Shown: positions 18,501 through 29,403 of the stretch, in pieces | How positions within the stretch are numbered: the first letter of the stretch is position 1 | Layout: every line of letters begins with the position of its first letter | Origin: Longimicrobiales bacterium | GTDB taxonomy: Bacteria; Gemmatimonadota; Gemmatimonadetes; Longimicrobiales; Gaopeijiaceae | Direction: 5' to 3' | DNA: 64,000 nt | Assembly: GCA_965202805.1 (NCBI GenBank) | Contig: OZ241869.1 | Span: 1,568,001-1,632,000 of the forward strand | Notes under the pieces: generated by a model | What the model was told of the DNA's origin: nothing | The model's input: the letters and a program-made list of their open reading frames with translations, nothing else | Databases searched by the model: none | Made by a program: the position numbers and the translations under genes

Positions 18501-20009
18501 TTACGCCCGATCGAGGGCGGAGAGCAGGACTGCGAGGCGGGCACGGTCGATCTTGCCGTTCGGGTTGCGTGGAAGCGCGGCCAGCACCCCGAGGGCGCGT
18601 GGACGGGACGCGGGACCGAGCGCCTCCCGGCAGTGCCGCTGGAGCGCCTGCACGCGAACTTCGTGGCCGGCGGCGGGCACGACCGCGGCCGCGACCCGCT
18701 CTCCCCATTCGGGATCGGGCAGCCCCACCACCGCAGCCTCCGCCACCCCGGGATGCGCGGCCAGCACCCGCTCGATCTCCGCGGGGTCGACGTTCACCCC
18801 GCCGCTGACGACGCGGTGCGCCTTGCGGCCGGTGACCCACAGGTGGCCGTCGCGGTCGAAGCGGCCCAGGTCGCCGGTGCGGTGCCAGCCGTCCGGGCCG
18901 GTGATGGGCTCCCCACGGTGGTACGCGGGCGCGACCATGTCGCCGCGCACTTCGATCTCGCCGCCGGCGGCGATGCGGACCTCGACGTCGTCGAGGGGGG
19001 CGCCGGCCGTGCCGGCTTTGGCGCGCACCAGCGCAGGCGGGGCAGTGGCGACCTGTGAACAGGTCTCGGTCTTGCCGTAGGTGAGCGCGAGCGGCAGGCC
19101 GGACGACAGCGCGCGCTCCACCAGGGCGGGCGGGGCGCCCGCACCCCCCACCAGCACGCACCGCAGCGAGGCCGGGAGGGGATGGGGGAGGCCGGCGTCG
19201 AGCAGGCGGCCGAGCATGGTGGGCACCAGCGAGACGTGGCTGACGGCGTCCGCCTCGATCAGCTCGACCAGTACCTCCGGCCGCCAGCGGCCGCGCACCA
19301 CGACCCGGCTGCCTGCCGCCAGCGCCCGGTCGACCAGCGCCATGCCGCCGATGTGGGCGAGCGACAGGGAGGCGTACCAGATGTCTCCAGGACCCAGGCC
19401 CAGTCGGGCGCGCACGGCGCGCGCGCTGGCGTCGAAGTTGCGCCGCGTGAGCGCGACCGCGCGCGCCGCTCCGCCGGTGCCCGAGGTGCGCAGGATTGCG
19501 ACCACATCGTCGGGTCTCGAACCGGGCAGCGGCCCATCCGCGGGGGTCACCCGGCGGATGTCGGCCGCTGCGGCCGGTTCGGGAGCGCTCGACCGGTCTT
19601 CCGGCGGAAAGCCACGGTCCGCCAGCGCAAAGACCCCGCGCGGCTCCGCTCCCCCGCACAACCCCGCGACCACGCCGCGCGTCAGCTCCAGATGAGGCGG
19701 GGCGCACAGCACGACGGCCGGTCGCGCGACCGCGAAGGCATCTCCGAGCTCGCGGGGGGCAAGGGTCGGGTTGAGCGGGGCCAGCGCCGCCCCTGCGCGG
19801 GGCGCCGCGAACATGGCCGCCACCGCCGCCGTACCGGTTGGCGCAAGCATCCCGACCACATCCCCCGGCCGCACGCCGAGGGTCACCAGCCGGCGGGCCA
19901 AACGGTCGGCCGCGCCGTCCAGGTCGCGGTAGCTCAGGCGCGCACCGCCAGCGTCGAGCGCGATTCCGTCGGGGTGTGCCCGTGCCGTCCGTGCGACCGG
20001 GTCCCTCAC
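18501..20009 (-). CDS. menE: o-succinylbenzoate--CoA ligase (adenylate-forming enzyme)
   Basis: TSGTGG, YGKTET, TGDLG, GKIDR; GTGA overlap with menA; men-cluster context. Confidence 0.85.
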   Translation of the reverse strand: MRDPVARTARAHPDGIALDAGGARLSYRDLDGAADRLARRLVTLGVRPGDVVGMLAPTGTAAVAAMFAAPRAGAALAPLNPTLAPRELGDAFAVARPAVVLCAPPHLELTRGVVAGLCGGAEPRGVFALADRGFPPEDRSSAPEPAAAADIRRVTPADGPLPGSRPDDVVAILRTSGTGGAARAVALTRRNFDASARAVRARLGLGPGDIWYASLSLAHIGGMALVDRALAAGSRVVVRGRWRPEVLVELIEADAVSHVSLVPTMLGRLLDAGLPHPLPASLRCVLVGGAGAPPALVERALSSGLPLALTYGKTETCSQVATAPPALVRAKAGTAGAPLDDVEVRIAAGGEIEVRGDMVAPAYHRGEPITGPDGWHRTGDLGRFDRDGHLWVTGRKAHRVVSGGVNVDPAEIERVLAAHPGVAEAAVVGLPDPEWGERVAAAVVPAAGHEVRVQALQRHCREALGPASRPRALGVLAALPRNPNGKIDRARLAVLLSALDRA

Positions 20010-20893
20010 CCCAGCGCGAACCCGAGCCCGAGCAGGACTCCGAAGAGCCCCAGGAAGCGGGCAGTCCCCGCCAGCGCGCGGTTCAGGGCGGCCGGGTCGC
20101 GGAAGGTCAGAACCAGCCGGAGCGACCCCGCCACCGCCGGAAGCGCGAACAGCGGGAGCAACACCCAGGGGCTCCAGCCGTGCAGCGCGATCCCGCCGAC
20201 GGGCACGGCCGCGGTCAACCCCAGCAGGAAGACGTACTGCGCCTTCGTCCACCCGCCCCCCATGCGCACCGCGAGGGTTCGCTTGCCGGCGCGCGCATCC
20301 GTCTCCATGTCGCGCAGGTTGTTCACCACCAGAATCGCGGTGCTGGCGGCCCCCAGCGCGACTCCCGCGGTCAGGGCGTCCGGACGGAATTCCAGCACCT
20401 GCACGTAGCAGGTCCCCGCGACCGCCACCAGGCCGAAGAAGACGAAGACGAACACATCGCCCAGCCCGTGATACCCCAGCGGCCAGGGCCCCCCCGTGTA
20501 GGCGATCCCGGAGGCGATGCCTGCCACACCGATCGCGACCACCGGCCACCCTGCCACCGCCGCCAGATACACCCCCGCCCCCGCGGCGAGCGCGAACGCC
20601 AGCAGCGCTCCCCGCAGCACGTCCCGCCCCTCGATCAGCCCGGCCTGGGTGACGCGCACGGGACCCAGCCGCCCCACGTCGTCCCCACCCTTCTGGTAGT
20701 CGTAGTAGTCGTTGGCCAGGTTGGTCCCGACCTGGATCAGCATCGCCCCGGCCAGCGCGGCCAGCGCGGGAAGCAGGGCGAAGCCGCCGTGCATGTGGGC
20801 CAGCCCGGTGCCGGCGGCGACCGGCGCGACGGCGGCTGTAAGGGTGCGGGGCCTGCAGGCCATCACCCAGGCCCGCGCGCCTACGGCAGCCAC
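20006..20893 (-). CDS. menA: 1,4-dihydroxy-2-naphthoate polyprenyltransferase
   Basis: [39 protein letters not shown]. Confidence 0.95.
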   Translation of the reverse strand: MAAVGARAWVMACRPRTLTAAVAPVAAGTGLAHMHGGFALLPALAALAGAMLIQVGTNLANDYYDYQKGGDDVGRLGPVRVTQAGLIEGRDVLRGALLAFALAAGAGVYLAAVAGWPVVAIGVAGIASGIAYTGGPWPLGYHGLGDVFVFVFFGLVAVAGTCYVQVLEFRPDALTAGVALGAASTAILVVNNLRDMETDARAGKRTLAVRMGGGWTKAQYVFLLGLTAAVPVGGIALHGWSPWVLLPLFALPAVAGSLRLVLTFRDPAALNRALAGTARFLGLFGVLLGLGFALG

Positions 20894-21717
20894 GGATACT
20901 TGCGGAAGTCCGGTTTGCGCTTCTGCAGATATGCGTTCCTGCCCTCCTGCCCCTGTTCCGTCATGTAGAAGAGCAGGGTTGCGTTGCCGGCGAGCTCCTG
21001 GAGGCCGGTCTGGCCGTCCACGTCGGCATTGAAGGCGGCCTTCAGGCAGCGGATCGCCAGCGGGCTCTTGTCCAGGATCTCCTGCGCCCACTGCCAGCCC
21101 TCCATCTCCAGCTCCTCCACCGGCACGACCTTGTTGACCAGCCCCATCTCCAGCGCCTCGGCGGCGTCGTACTGCCGGCACAGGTACCAGATCTCGCGCG
21201 CCTTCTTCTGTCCGACGATGCGGGCCAGGTACGAGGAGCCGTACCCCCCGTCGAAGCTGCCCACGATGGGCCCGGTCTGGCCGAAGACGGCGTTGTCGGC
21301 GGCGATGGTGAGGTCGCATACGACATGCAGCACATGGCCGCCGCCGATGGCGTATCCGGCCACCAGGGCGATGACCGGCTTGGGCATGGTGCGCATGTAG
21401 CGCTGCAGCTCGAGCACGTTCAGCCGCGGCACGCCGTCTCCGCCCACATACCCGGCGTCGCCGCGCACGCGCTGGTCACCCCCGGAGGAGAACGCGTACT
21501 TGCCGTCCTTCGCCGGGCCGTTGCCGGTGAAGAGGACGACACCGATGTCCATGTCCTCTCCCGCATCGCGGAAGGCCTCCTGCAGCTCGAACAGGGTCTC
21601 CGGGCGGAAGGCGTTGCGCACCTCGGGACGGTTGAAGGCGATGCGCGCCACCCCGCCGCACTTGTGATAGGTGATGTCCCCGTACTCGCGGACCTGCTTC
21701 CAATCCGGCTGTTTCAT
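20881..21717 (-). CDS. menB: 1,4-dihydroxy-2-naphthoyl-CoA synthase
   Basis: [41 protein letters not shown]. Confidence 0.97.
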   Translation of the reverse strand: MKQPDWKQVREYGDITYHKCGGVARIAFNRPEVRNAFRPETLFELQEAFRDAGEDMDIGVVLFTGNGPAKDGKYAFSSGGDQRVRGDAGYVGGDGVPRLNVLELQRYMRTMPKPVIALVAGYAIGGGHVLHVVCDLTIAADNAVFGQTGPIVGSFDGGYGSSYLARIVGQKKAREIWYLCRQYDAAEALEMGLVNKVVPVEELEMEGWQWAQEILDKSPLAIRCLKAAFNADVDGQTGLQELAGNATLLFYMTEQGQEGRNAYLQKRKPDFRKYPWLP

Positions 21718-21835
21718 TCACGATCTCCCGCTCTCTGCTTCATGCACGATCGCCGGCAATCCCGGCGGCCCGGCTCGGGCATCTCTCCCTGCGATTGTCA
21801 CGGAATATGGCGCGCCGAGGACGCTGCCGCGGCGC

Positions 21836-23701
21836 TCAGCCCGGGTCGACGGCGTCATACACCGCCTGACGACGAAGACGGTTCTGCTCCCGGTCCGTGA
21901 CGACCTCGACAATCCCGCTCCCGCCCCGGGCGATCGCCCGCTCCAGCGACGACGCCAGTCGCGCCCGCGTCCGGACGCGCTCGTGCGGCAGCCCGTAGAG
22001 GGCGGCCGCGTGGGCGAAGTCCAGCCCGTGCGGCGTCGCGAAGTGTCGGGTGAACGCCGGTTCGAAGTCCCGGATGGGGAGGAAATGGAAGATACCGCCC
22101 CCGTCGTTGTTGACCAGAACGAAGATCACCTCGGCGTGGTCGCGGGCGCTCAGGAGCCCGTTCATGTCGTGGATGAACGCCACGTCGCCGACGATGGCCA
22201 GCACCGGGCCCTCTCCCCCGGCGGCGACGCCTGCGGCCGACGACAGGATGCCGTCGATGCCGCTGGCCCCGCGGTTGCCGTGAACCAGAAGCGGCTTCCG
22301 GCTGGGGAAGGCGAAGGCGTCCAGGTCGCGCACCGGCATGCTCGACGACACGAAGATGGTGCTCCCGGGAGGTGCGGCGCGCACGACTTCCGCGCACACG
22401 GCGCCCTCGAAGAGACCGCCCCGCGCGCTCTCGGCGACCGCACGGGCGGCCGCCTGCCCTGCCCGGCGCCAGAGGCCGGACCAGGCATCCTCCGAGTCGC
22501 GCCCCTTGCCGCCCTGCTCGACTTCAGCGGCCCTGGACGCGTTCCCCGCACCCGCCCTGCCGGGCCCAGCTCCTGCGGCGGCGGTGCTCCGGCCGGCCCT
22601 GAAGGACCCCGTCCCCAACTCGGCGCACACGGCTTCGGCGCAGGTCGCTACATCGGCGCGCAGGTAGTCGGTGGCGACGTTGAGGTGATCCTTCCAGCGA
22701 TCTCCGCCGTCGATCACCCACTGCTCGCCTCGCGCTTCCCCGAGCAACGCCAGCAGACGCGCCGAGGTGGGGCTCGCGCCCAGACGCACGATGAGTTCGG
22801 GGCGCAGTGCGTCACGCACGGGTGGGTGTTCCAGGAAGAGGTCGTACCCGCCGATGCGCAGCGCCCCCTCCGCGTCGCCGAAGCGGGCGCCGGAGAGGGC
22901 ATCGGGAAGGAGCGGATATCCGGTGGCGGCGGCAAGGGCCTTCGCGGCGGGCCCGTCGCGCTCCGGCTCGGGCGAGGGGCCGGCTACGATCAGGCCGCGC
23001 TCCACCTCCCTCAGCCGCGCCGCCAGCTCGGCCACACGAGCCGCAGGGGGCGCCGAGCGGCGTACGGCGATGCGCGCGAGCGGCGCCGCGTCCGAACGGC
23101 CTCGCGCCGCCAGCGGACGCGCGGAGGCAAACCCCTCCGGCACCTCACCCGGGACGCGCGTCGGCGCGAGCGGCTTCGCGAAGGGCAGGTTCACGTGCAC
23201 CGGGCCGGCCGGGCGACCCCCGGCGGACGCCACCGCGCGCGCCGCCAGCGCCCGCAGATGCACGAGCGCCCCCTCCGCCGCCTCGGGAGGCGCGGCCTCC
23301 ACGAAGTCGCGTACGTAGCCGCCGAACATCCGCGTCTGGTCGATCGCCTGGTTCGCGTCTGCGCCCCGCAGCCGGTGGGGGCGGTCGGCGGTCAGCAGGA
23401 GGAGGGGGGCCTCGCTGTGCGATGCTTCGACGACGGCCGGAAAGAGGTTGGCGACCGCGGTCCCCGAGGTGGTGATCACCGCTGCAGGCCGCCCCGTCCG
23501 CTTGCCCAGCCCGAGCGCGAAGAACGCCGCCGACCGCTCGTCCAGGAGGGTGAAGATCCGCAGCCGCGAGTCTGCCGCGGCGGCCATGACCAGCGGGGCG
23601 GAACGGTAGCCGGGCGCCAGCACGACCTCGCGCACTCCGGCGCGCGCCAGTTCGTCCAGCAGGACGCCGGCCCACAGCAGGTTCCGGTTCGGACCGGTCA
23701 C
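21836..23701 (-). CDS. menD: SEPHCHC synthase
   Basis: PGYRSAPL, DERSAAFFALG, TSGTAVAN, NRGASGIDG, GDVAFIHDMN, NNDGGGIF. Carries a low-complexity insertion near 22490-22620. Confidence 0.96.
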   Translation of the reverse strand: MTGPNRNLLWAGVLLDELARAGVREVVLAPGYRSAPLVMAAAADSRLRIFTLLDERSAAFFALGLGKRTGRPAAVITTSGTAVANLFPAVVEASHSEAPLLLLTADRPHRLRGADANQAIDQTRMFGGYVRDFVEAAPPEAAEGALVHLRALAARAVASAGGRPAGPVHVNLPFAKPLAPTRVPGEVPEGFASARPLAARGRSDAAPLARIAVRRSAPPAARVAELAARLREVERGLIVAGPSPEPERDGPAAKALAAATGYPLLPDALSGARFGDAEGALRIGGYDLFLEHPPVRDALRPELIVRLGASPTSARLLALLGEARGEQWVIDGGDRWKDHLNVATDYLRADVATCAEAVCAELGTGSFRAGRSTAAAGAGPGRAGAGNASRAAEVEQGGKGRDSEDAWSGLWRRAGQAAARAVAESARGGLFEGAVCAEVVRAAPPGSTIFVSSSMPVRDLDAFAFPSRKPLLVHGNRGASGIDGILSSAAGVAAGGEGPVLAIVGDVAFIHDMNGLLSARDHAEVIFVLVNNDGGGIFHFLPIRDFEPAFTRHFATPHGLDFAHAAALYGLPHERVRTRARLASSLERAIARGGSGIVEVVTDREQNRLRRQAVYDAVDPG

Positions 23702-23714
23702 CTTCCGTCGACGC

Positions 23715-25094
23715 TCAGCGAATGCCGCGGGCCCCGGCCGCGTCCAGCGCGCGCAGCACCGGCTCGAACTTGATCCCGGTCTCGTCCCACTCCGCCTCGG
23801 GGTCCGAACCGGGCACGATCCCCGCGCCGGCGAAGAGCCGCCAGGTGGTGGAGCGCGCCACCGCGGTACGCAGCGCCGGCACGAAGACCCCGTCGCCTCG
23901 GGTGTCGAACCACCCCACCGGGCCCGCGTACCATCCGCGCTCGAAGGGCTCGTTTCTGGAGAGCAGGTCGAGGGCGGCGTCGCGGGCCAGGCCGCAGACC
24001 GCGGGCGTCGGGTGGAGCGCCGCCACCAGTTCCAGCACCGATGTCCCGGGCCGCAGAATCGCCCTGATGCGCGTCTCCAGATGCTGGATGCGGGCCAGAG
24101 TGAGAACGTGCGGTTCGGCCTGGGCCTCGACCGTGCGGGACAGCGGCTCCAGGCGCGCGACCATGTCCTCTACGGTGAAAGCGTGTTCGACCCGATCCTT
24201 GGCGCTCTCGAGGAGCTGACGGGCGAGGGCCCGCTGCTCCTCGTCGGTCCTGCCGCGGGACACCGAGCCGGCGACGGCGGTCGCGCTGAACCGGTCGCCC
24301 CGCACGGTGGCGAGCGCCTCCGGGGTGGCGCCGACGATCGGCGACCCGGCCTCGGGCTCGAAGAGGAACACATGGGCGTCCGCATTCTCGCGCCGCAGGT
24401 GTTCGAGCACCTCCACCGGATCGATGGTGCCCGTCGTGGACACGTCGAGGATGCGCGCGAGCACCGCCTTCTCCAGCCGTCCGTCCTGGATCGCCGACAG
24501 GATCTCCTCGACCGCCCGCTGCCAGCTCTGGCGCCCCGACCGGAGGCGGGCGGCGGGATGCAGCGCCCGATGACCCCCCTTTCGAGCAGCCCGGGCCACC
24601 CCCTTCAGCGTGTAGACGAGCCGCGCCCGCAGTTGGCCGCGCACCGTCGCCACGTCTTCCCCGGGGCCGGCCAGCGTCTGGGTGGTGAGGCGTACGGTCT
24701 CCCCGTCGTGCTCCAGCTCCAGGTGCGGCACAACGAAACGCGCGCTCGGGAACGCGGCCCAGAAATCCCGCGGCACGTGATCGTCCCGGAATGAGAAGCC
24801 CCCGTAGAAGCGCAGCGCGGGCTCCCGCCCCCGCCTTCGCCATCCGTTCCCATGCTCGGGGCGCGCGAACCACCGAGCCCGGTCCTGGATCTCGAGGAAG
24901 CGATCCCGCGACCCGAGGCCGGACTGAACCTCCAGCGAATCGAGCTCCCCGACATGGGCCAGCCACCCGCGGCGTCGCGCCCAGAATCCCCGGGAGCGGC
25001 CCTTCCCCCATCTCAGGAAAGCACCGGGCTCCATATTGACGTGCTCGACGGTTTCGCGAACCAGCACGAAGCGCGGGGGTGCCTGTAGTCTCAT
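23715..25094 (-). CDS. menF: Isochorismate synthase (start 25094 or 25034)
   Basis: KAVLAR, GATPE, KDRVEH, LHPTPAVCG, RGWYAGPVGW, AGAGIV. Confidence 0.93.
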   Translation of the reverse strand: MRLQAPPRFVLVRETVEHVNMEPGAFLRWGKGRSRGFWARRRGWLAHVGELDSLEVQSGLGSRDRFLEIQDRARWFARPEHGNGWRRRGREPALRFYGGFSFRDDHVPRDFWAAFPSARFVVPHLELEHDGETVRLTTQTLAGPGEDVATVRGQLRARLVYTLKGVARAARKGGHRALHPAARLRSGRQSWQRAVEEILSAIQDGRLEKAVLARILDVSTTGTIDPVEVLEHLRRENADAHVFLFEPEAGSPIVGATPEALATVRGDRFSATAVAGSVSRGRTDEEQRALARQLLESAKDRVEHAFTVEDMVARLEPLSRTVEAQAEPHVLTLARIQHLETRIRAILRPGTSVLELVAALHPTPAVCGLARDAALDLLSRNEPFERGWYAGPVGWFDTRGDGVFVPALRTAVARSTTWRLFAGAGIVPGSDPEAEWDETGIKFEPVLRALDAAGARGIR

Positions 25095-25314
25095 GTCTCC
25101 GATATGTGGCGTCCGCGGCCCCGGCGGAGGTGCTCCCGCGAAGGGCCTGTGGTCGATTCTGCGGCGACGGCGGCCAGCCTGGCGCCACAGCGCCGGAAAA
25201 CGTTCACCATGCCCGCGATGACGTGCAAGGGGCGCGTTGCCCCGCCTCCGGCGCGCGCCTATCATGAGCGGGGTTTTCTCACCCTTTTCCACCTCTTCCG
25301 CCACGAGGAAACCG

Positions 25315-26442
25315 ATGGACCGCAGACACTTCGTTCGTTCCGGCGCGACCCTGAGCGCCCTCGGCATCGGAGGCCTCGGCTTCCCCCGATTCGCCAACGC
25401 CACCTGGTCTCCCCGGCTGCAGGCCGACGGCGCCATCCGCATGAACTCCAACGAGAACCCGCTCGGGCTCTCGACCGCGGCGCGCCAGGCGGTCATCGAC
25501 AACCTCGACCTCGCGAACCGCTATCCGGGCGATCTGATCGGGCAGCTGAGCGACAGGATGTGCGCGTACTACGGCATCAATCCCGACCAGCTCGTGCTCG
25601 GGGCGGGCTCGACCGAAATCCTGCAGATGATCGTGCAGGCCTATGCGTCGCCGCTTCGCAAGCTGGTGCTCGCCGAGCCCACCTTCGAGGACGTGAACGA
25701 CTATCGCGACACCTATCCGTACGACGTGGTGACCGTCCCGCTCACCTCGAAGTACGAGCACGACCTGAACCGCATGCGCGAGGAGTCCGAGAAGGACAGC
25801 CGCCCGGCCATGGTCTACATCTGCAACCCCAACAACCCGACGGGCACCATCACCCCCAGCGCCGAACTCGACAACTGGATCGCGGACGCGCCGGAGCACG
25901 TGCTCTTCCTCATGGACGAAGCGTACTACGAGTTCGTCGAGGACCCCGCGTACTGGACGGCACTCAAGTGGGTGCACGACCGGCCCAACGTGATCGTCGC
26001 GCGCACCTTCTCGAAGATCTACGGGATGGCGGGGCTGCGCCTGGGCTTCGGCATCGCGCACCCGCACGCGGTCCGGCGCATGCAGGACTTCGCCATACAC
26101 AGCAGCGCCAACCAGCTGGCGCTGGCGGCCGGCATCGCCTGCTTCGGCGACGAGGAGCTGATGGCGAGGAGCCGCGAGGTGAACCGCGAGGCCCGCGAGG
26201 TCACCGAGGCCTGCCTGGACGAACTCGGCCTCGAGTACCTGCCCACCCAAGCCAATTTCCTGATGCACCGCATCAGCGGCGACCTGGACACCTACATCAG
26301 CCGCATGAGCGAGGCGGGCCTCCTGGTCGGCCGCAGGTTCCCGCCCATGCTCGACTACAACCGTCTCTCCTTCTCCCTCCCGGAACACATGGAGCAGTGG
26401 GCCGAGACGCTGCGCGACTTCCGCGGCAAGGGCTGGGTGTAG
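25315..26442 (+). CDS. Tat-exported class I/II PLP aminotransferase (HisC-like)
   Basis: MDRRHFV Tat signal, SNENPLG, CNPNNPTG, DEAYYE, RTFSKIYGMAGLRLG. Confidence 0.92.
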   Translation: MDRRHFVRSGATLSALGIGGLGFPRFANATWSPRLQADGAIRMNSNENPLGLSTAARQAVIDNLDLANRYPGDLIGQLSDRMCAYYGINPDQLVLGAGSTEILQMIVQAYASPLRKLVLAEPTFEDVNDYRDTYPYDVVTVPLTSKYEHDLNRMREESEKDSRPAMVYICNPNNPTGTITPSAELDNWIADAPEHVLFLMDEAYYEFVEDPAYWTALKWVHDRPNVIVARTFSKIYGMAGLRLGFGIAHPHAVRRMQDFAIHSSANQLALAAGIACFGDEELMARSREVNREAREVTEACLDELGLEYLPTQANFLMHRISGDLDTYISRMSEAGLLVGRRFPPMLDYNRLSFSLPEHMEQWAETLRDFRGKGWV

Positions 26443-26448
26443 CCGGCC

Positions 26449-27279
26449 GTGACCTTCGGGAAGGCGCTCGGGCTGGTGGTGCTGGTCCTGGTGCTGCAAA
26501 CGGCGATCGCCCTCACGGCCTTCCTGCTCGATCCGACCTCCGGCACCTACAGCCAGCACCCGCTCACGCTCGGCGTCGCCAACCTCCTCGCCTTCGGCAT
26601 CGTGATCGTGGTGGCCACACGGCGCAGCGGCGTCGGCTTCCGCGAACCCTACCCGTTCCTGGCCGTCTCCATCCGGGTGCTCGCGCTCACCGCCGTTCTC
26701 ATCCTGGGCACCGTCATCCTGCTCTCCGACATCGACAATCTCACGCGCTCGGTCTTCCCGCCTCCGCAGACGCTGATCGAGGCGTTCGAGAGCATCATGA
26801 ACGCGGCGGACTATCCCTTCAGCAGCTTCTTCCTGCTCGTGGTCGTGGCGCCGGTGACCGAGGAGGTACTGTTCCGGGGCCTCATCCTGAGGGGATTCCT
26901 GGCCAACTACTCGAAGAGGAGGGCCATCCTGCTCTCCGCGCTGCTCTTCGCCGTAATGCACACCAACCCGTGGCAGTTCATCTCCACCTTCGTCGCCGGC
27001 GTGGTGCTCGCCTGGCTGCTGATCGAGACCGGATCGCTGCTGCCGTGCCTGTTCGCGCACGCAGTGGCCAACGGCACGGCGTATCTCGCGGGACTGAGCC
27101 AGGTGGAGGTCCCCGGCTTCACCGGCGGAATGGGAGACGCCGTGCAGTTCCAGCCCTTCTGGCTCAACGCACTGGGCGTGGCCTTCGCCGTGGGAGGCTA
27201 TCTCCTGCTCCGGCGAACCTTCCGGGAGCAGGCAGGCCCGCCCGACGACCTCTACCGCCGCCCAGGGGCGACTCCCTGA
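26449..27279 (+). CDS. CPBP (CAAX/Abi) intramembrane metalloprotease
   Basis: EEVLFRG, FAVMH, HAVAN motifs. Confidence 0.92.
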   Translation: MTFGKALGLVVLVLVLQTAIALTAFLLDPTSGTYSQHPLTLGVANLLAFGIVIVVATRRSGVGFREPYPFLAVSIRVLALTAVLILGTVILLSDIDNLTRSVFPPPQTLIEAFESIMNAADYPFSSFFLLVVVAPVTEEVLFRGLILRGFLANYSKRRAILLSALLFAVMHTNPWQFISTFVAGVVLAWLLIETGSLLPCLFAHAVANGTAYLAGLSQVEVPGFTGGMGDAVQFQPFWLNALGVAFAVGGYLLLRRTFREQAGPPDDLYRRPGATP

Positions 27280-27308
27280 GCTTCGACGCCGCGCGCGAGG
27301 AGCCGCTC

Positions 27309-27578
27309 ATGCCATCTCCCTCATCCGTCCGACCGGGATACTGGACCGCCAACCTGCGCTACCTGGCGATCCTGCTCTCGATCTGGTTCCTGGTGTCGTT
27401 CGGCTGCGGCATCCTGTTCGCGGACGCGCTCAACGGCTTCCGGCTCCCCGGCACGGGCTTCAAGGTCGGGTTCTGGTTCGCGCAGCAGGGATCCATCTAC
27501 GCGTTTCTGGTGCTCATCTTCGTCTACGTCCGGCTGATGAACCGCCTCGACCGGGAGTACGGAGTGGAAGAGGAATGA
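27309..27578 (+). CDS. DUF4212 small subunit of a solute:sodium symporter
   Basis: YWTANLR, GFWFAQQGSI, LDREYGVEE; precedes the SSS gene. Confidence 0.92.
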   Translation: MPSPSSVRPGYWTANLRYLAILLSIWFLVSFGCGILFADALNGFRLPGTGFKVGFWFAQQGSIYAFLVLIFVYVRLMNRLDREYGVEEE

Positions 27579-27591
27579 GGGGGGCGGCCCG

Positions 27592-29313
27592 ATGAACGTT
27601 CAGGCCTGGACCTTCACCCTGGTCGCGATTTCGTTCGCCCTCTACATCGGCGTGGCGGTGTGGTCGCGCGCGAACACCACCCGCGACTTCTACGTGGCGG
27701 GCAAGGGCGTGCCCCCGCTGGCCAACGGCATGGCCACCGCCGCCGACTGGATGTCGGCCGCATCGTTCATCTCGATGGCCGGGCTGATCGCGTTCCTGGG
27801 CTACGACGGCTCGGTGTACCTCATGGGCTGGACCGGCGGCTACGTCCTGCTGGCGCTGCTGCTGGCCCCCTACCTGCGCAAGTTCGGGCGCTACACCGTC
27901 CCCGATTTCGTGGGCGACCGCTACTACTCGAAGACGGCGCGGGTGGTGGCGGTGGTGTGCGCCATCTTCATCTCGTTCACCTACGTGGCCGGCCAGATGC
28001 GCGGGGTGGGCATCGTCTTCAGCCGCTTCCTCGAGGTGCCGATCGGTTGGGGCGTGGTGATCGGCATGGCCATCGTCTTCTTCTACGCCGTGCTCGGCGG
28101 CATGAAGGGGATCACCTACACGCAGGTGGCGCAGTATTGCGTGCTCATCTTCGCCTACATGGTGCCCGCGATCTTCCTGTCGATCCTCATCACCGGCAAC
28201 GCCGTCCCCCAGCTCGGCCTGGGCGGCGCCGACCTGGTCAGCGGAGAGTACCTGCTGGACCGGCTCGACGGGCTCCACGAACAGCTGGGCTTCGCCGCCT
28301 ACACGGACGGCTCCAAGTCGACGCTGGACGTCTTCGCGATCACGGCCGCGCTGATGGTGGGTACGGCGGGGCTGCCGCACGTGATCATCCGCTTCTACAC
28401 GGTTCCGCGCGTGCGCGACGCCAGGATTTCGGCGGGATGGGCGCTGCTCTTCATCGCCATTCTGTATACGACGGCACCCGCGGTCGCGGTCTTCGCGCGC
28501 ACCAACCTGATCAACACCGTGTCGGAGCAGCCCTACGAGGCGGTGCCGGAGTGGTTCACCACCTGGGAGAACACCGACCTGATCGCCTACGAGGACCACA
28601 ACGGCGACGGCCTCATCCAGTTCGTCGGCCCGGACGCCGTCGATGGCGCGGGGCAACCCGTGCGGAACGAACTCACCATCGACCGCGACATCATGGTGCT
28701 GGCCAACCCGGAGATCGCGGGGCTGCCGGCCTGGGTGGTCGGGCTGGTGGCGGCGGGCGGGCTTGCGGCGGCGCTCTCCACGGCCGCGGGACTGCTGCTC
28801 GTGGTCTCCTCGGCCATCAGCCACGACCTGCTCAAGGGGGTCTTCCGGCCCGGCATTTCCGAGCGCGGCGAGCTGGTATGGGCTCGCGTCAGCGCGGCCT
28901 TCGCGGTCGTGCTGGCCGGCTACCTGGGGATCAACCCGCCCGGATTCGTCGCCCAGGTGGTGGCGTTCGCCTTCGGGCTGGCTGCGGCCTCGTTCTTCCC
29001 CGCCATCATCCTCGGCATCTTCTCGAGGCGGATGAACCGGGAGGGCGCGATCGCCGGAATGATCTCGGGCATCGCCTTCACGGCCGCCTACATCATCTAC
29101 TTCAACTACGTGAATCCCGGGGCCAACACGCCCGACAACTGGCTCCTGGGGATCTCGCCGGAGGGCATCGGGTTCGTGGGCATGCTGATCAACTTCGCGG
29201 TCTCGGTTACGGTGTCCCGCTTCAATCCTCCACCCCCGGAGGAAGTGGGCCGGCTGGTGGAGAACATCCGGGTGCCGAAGGGCTCGGGACCCGCGCACGA
29301 GGTGTCGGCATGA
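27592..29313 (+). CDS. actP: Cation/acetate symporter, ActP-like SSS protein
   Basis: NGMATAADWMSAASF, GTAGLPHVIIRFYT, ALSTAAGLLL. Confidence 0.9.
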   Translation: MNVQAWTFTLVAISFALYIGVAVWSRANTTRDFYVAGKGVPPLANGMATAADWMSAASFISMAGLIAFLGYDGSVYLMGWTGGYVLLALLLAPYLRKFGRYTVPDFVGDRYYSKTARVVAVVCAIFISFTYVAGQMRGVGIVFSRFLEVPIGWGVVIGMAIVFFYAVLGGMKGITYTQVAQYCVLIFAYMVPAIFLSILITGNAVPQLGLGGADLVSGEYLLDRLDGLHEQLGFAAYTDGSKSTLDVFAITAALMVGTAGLPHVIIRFYTVPRVRDARISAGWALLFIAILYTTAPAVAVFARTNLINTVSEQPYEAVPEWFTTWENTDLIAYEDHNGDGLIQFVGPDAVDGAGQPVRNELTIDRDIMVLANPEIAGLPAWVVGLVAAGGLAAALSTAAGLLLVVSSAISHDLLKGVFRPGISERGELVWARVSAAFAVVLAGYLGINPPGFVAQVVAFAFGLAAASFFPAIILGIFSRRMNREGAIAGMISGIAFTAAYIIYFNYVNPGANTPDNWLLGISPEGIGFVGMLINFAVSVTVSRFNPPPPEEVGRLVENIRVPKGSGPAHEVSA

Positions 29314-29334
29314 ACGGCGCCAGGCGGGGGCCGT

Positions 29335-29403
29335 CAGCCCGCGGACGCACTCCTCCCCGCATTCGAGCGGCGATGTATCCGCGCTGGATCGCGGCGCTCT
29401 GCG
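29335..29403 (+). repeat. Dispersed 69-bp repeat, copy A (MITE/REP-like remnant)
   Basis: 57/69 identical, ungapped, to the reverse complement of 42343-42411. Confidence 0.85.

Noticed and set aside
17101..19707. 868-aa extended TyrS
   Set aside because: The upstream part overlaps menE out of frame; homology starts at 18381.
22490..22620. Insertion in menD as an intein or mobile element
   Set aside because: Short Ala/Gly low-complexity loop with no splice motifs or terminal repeats.
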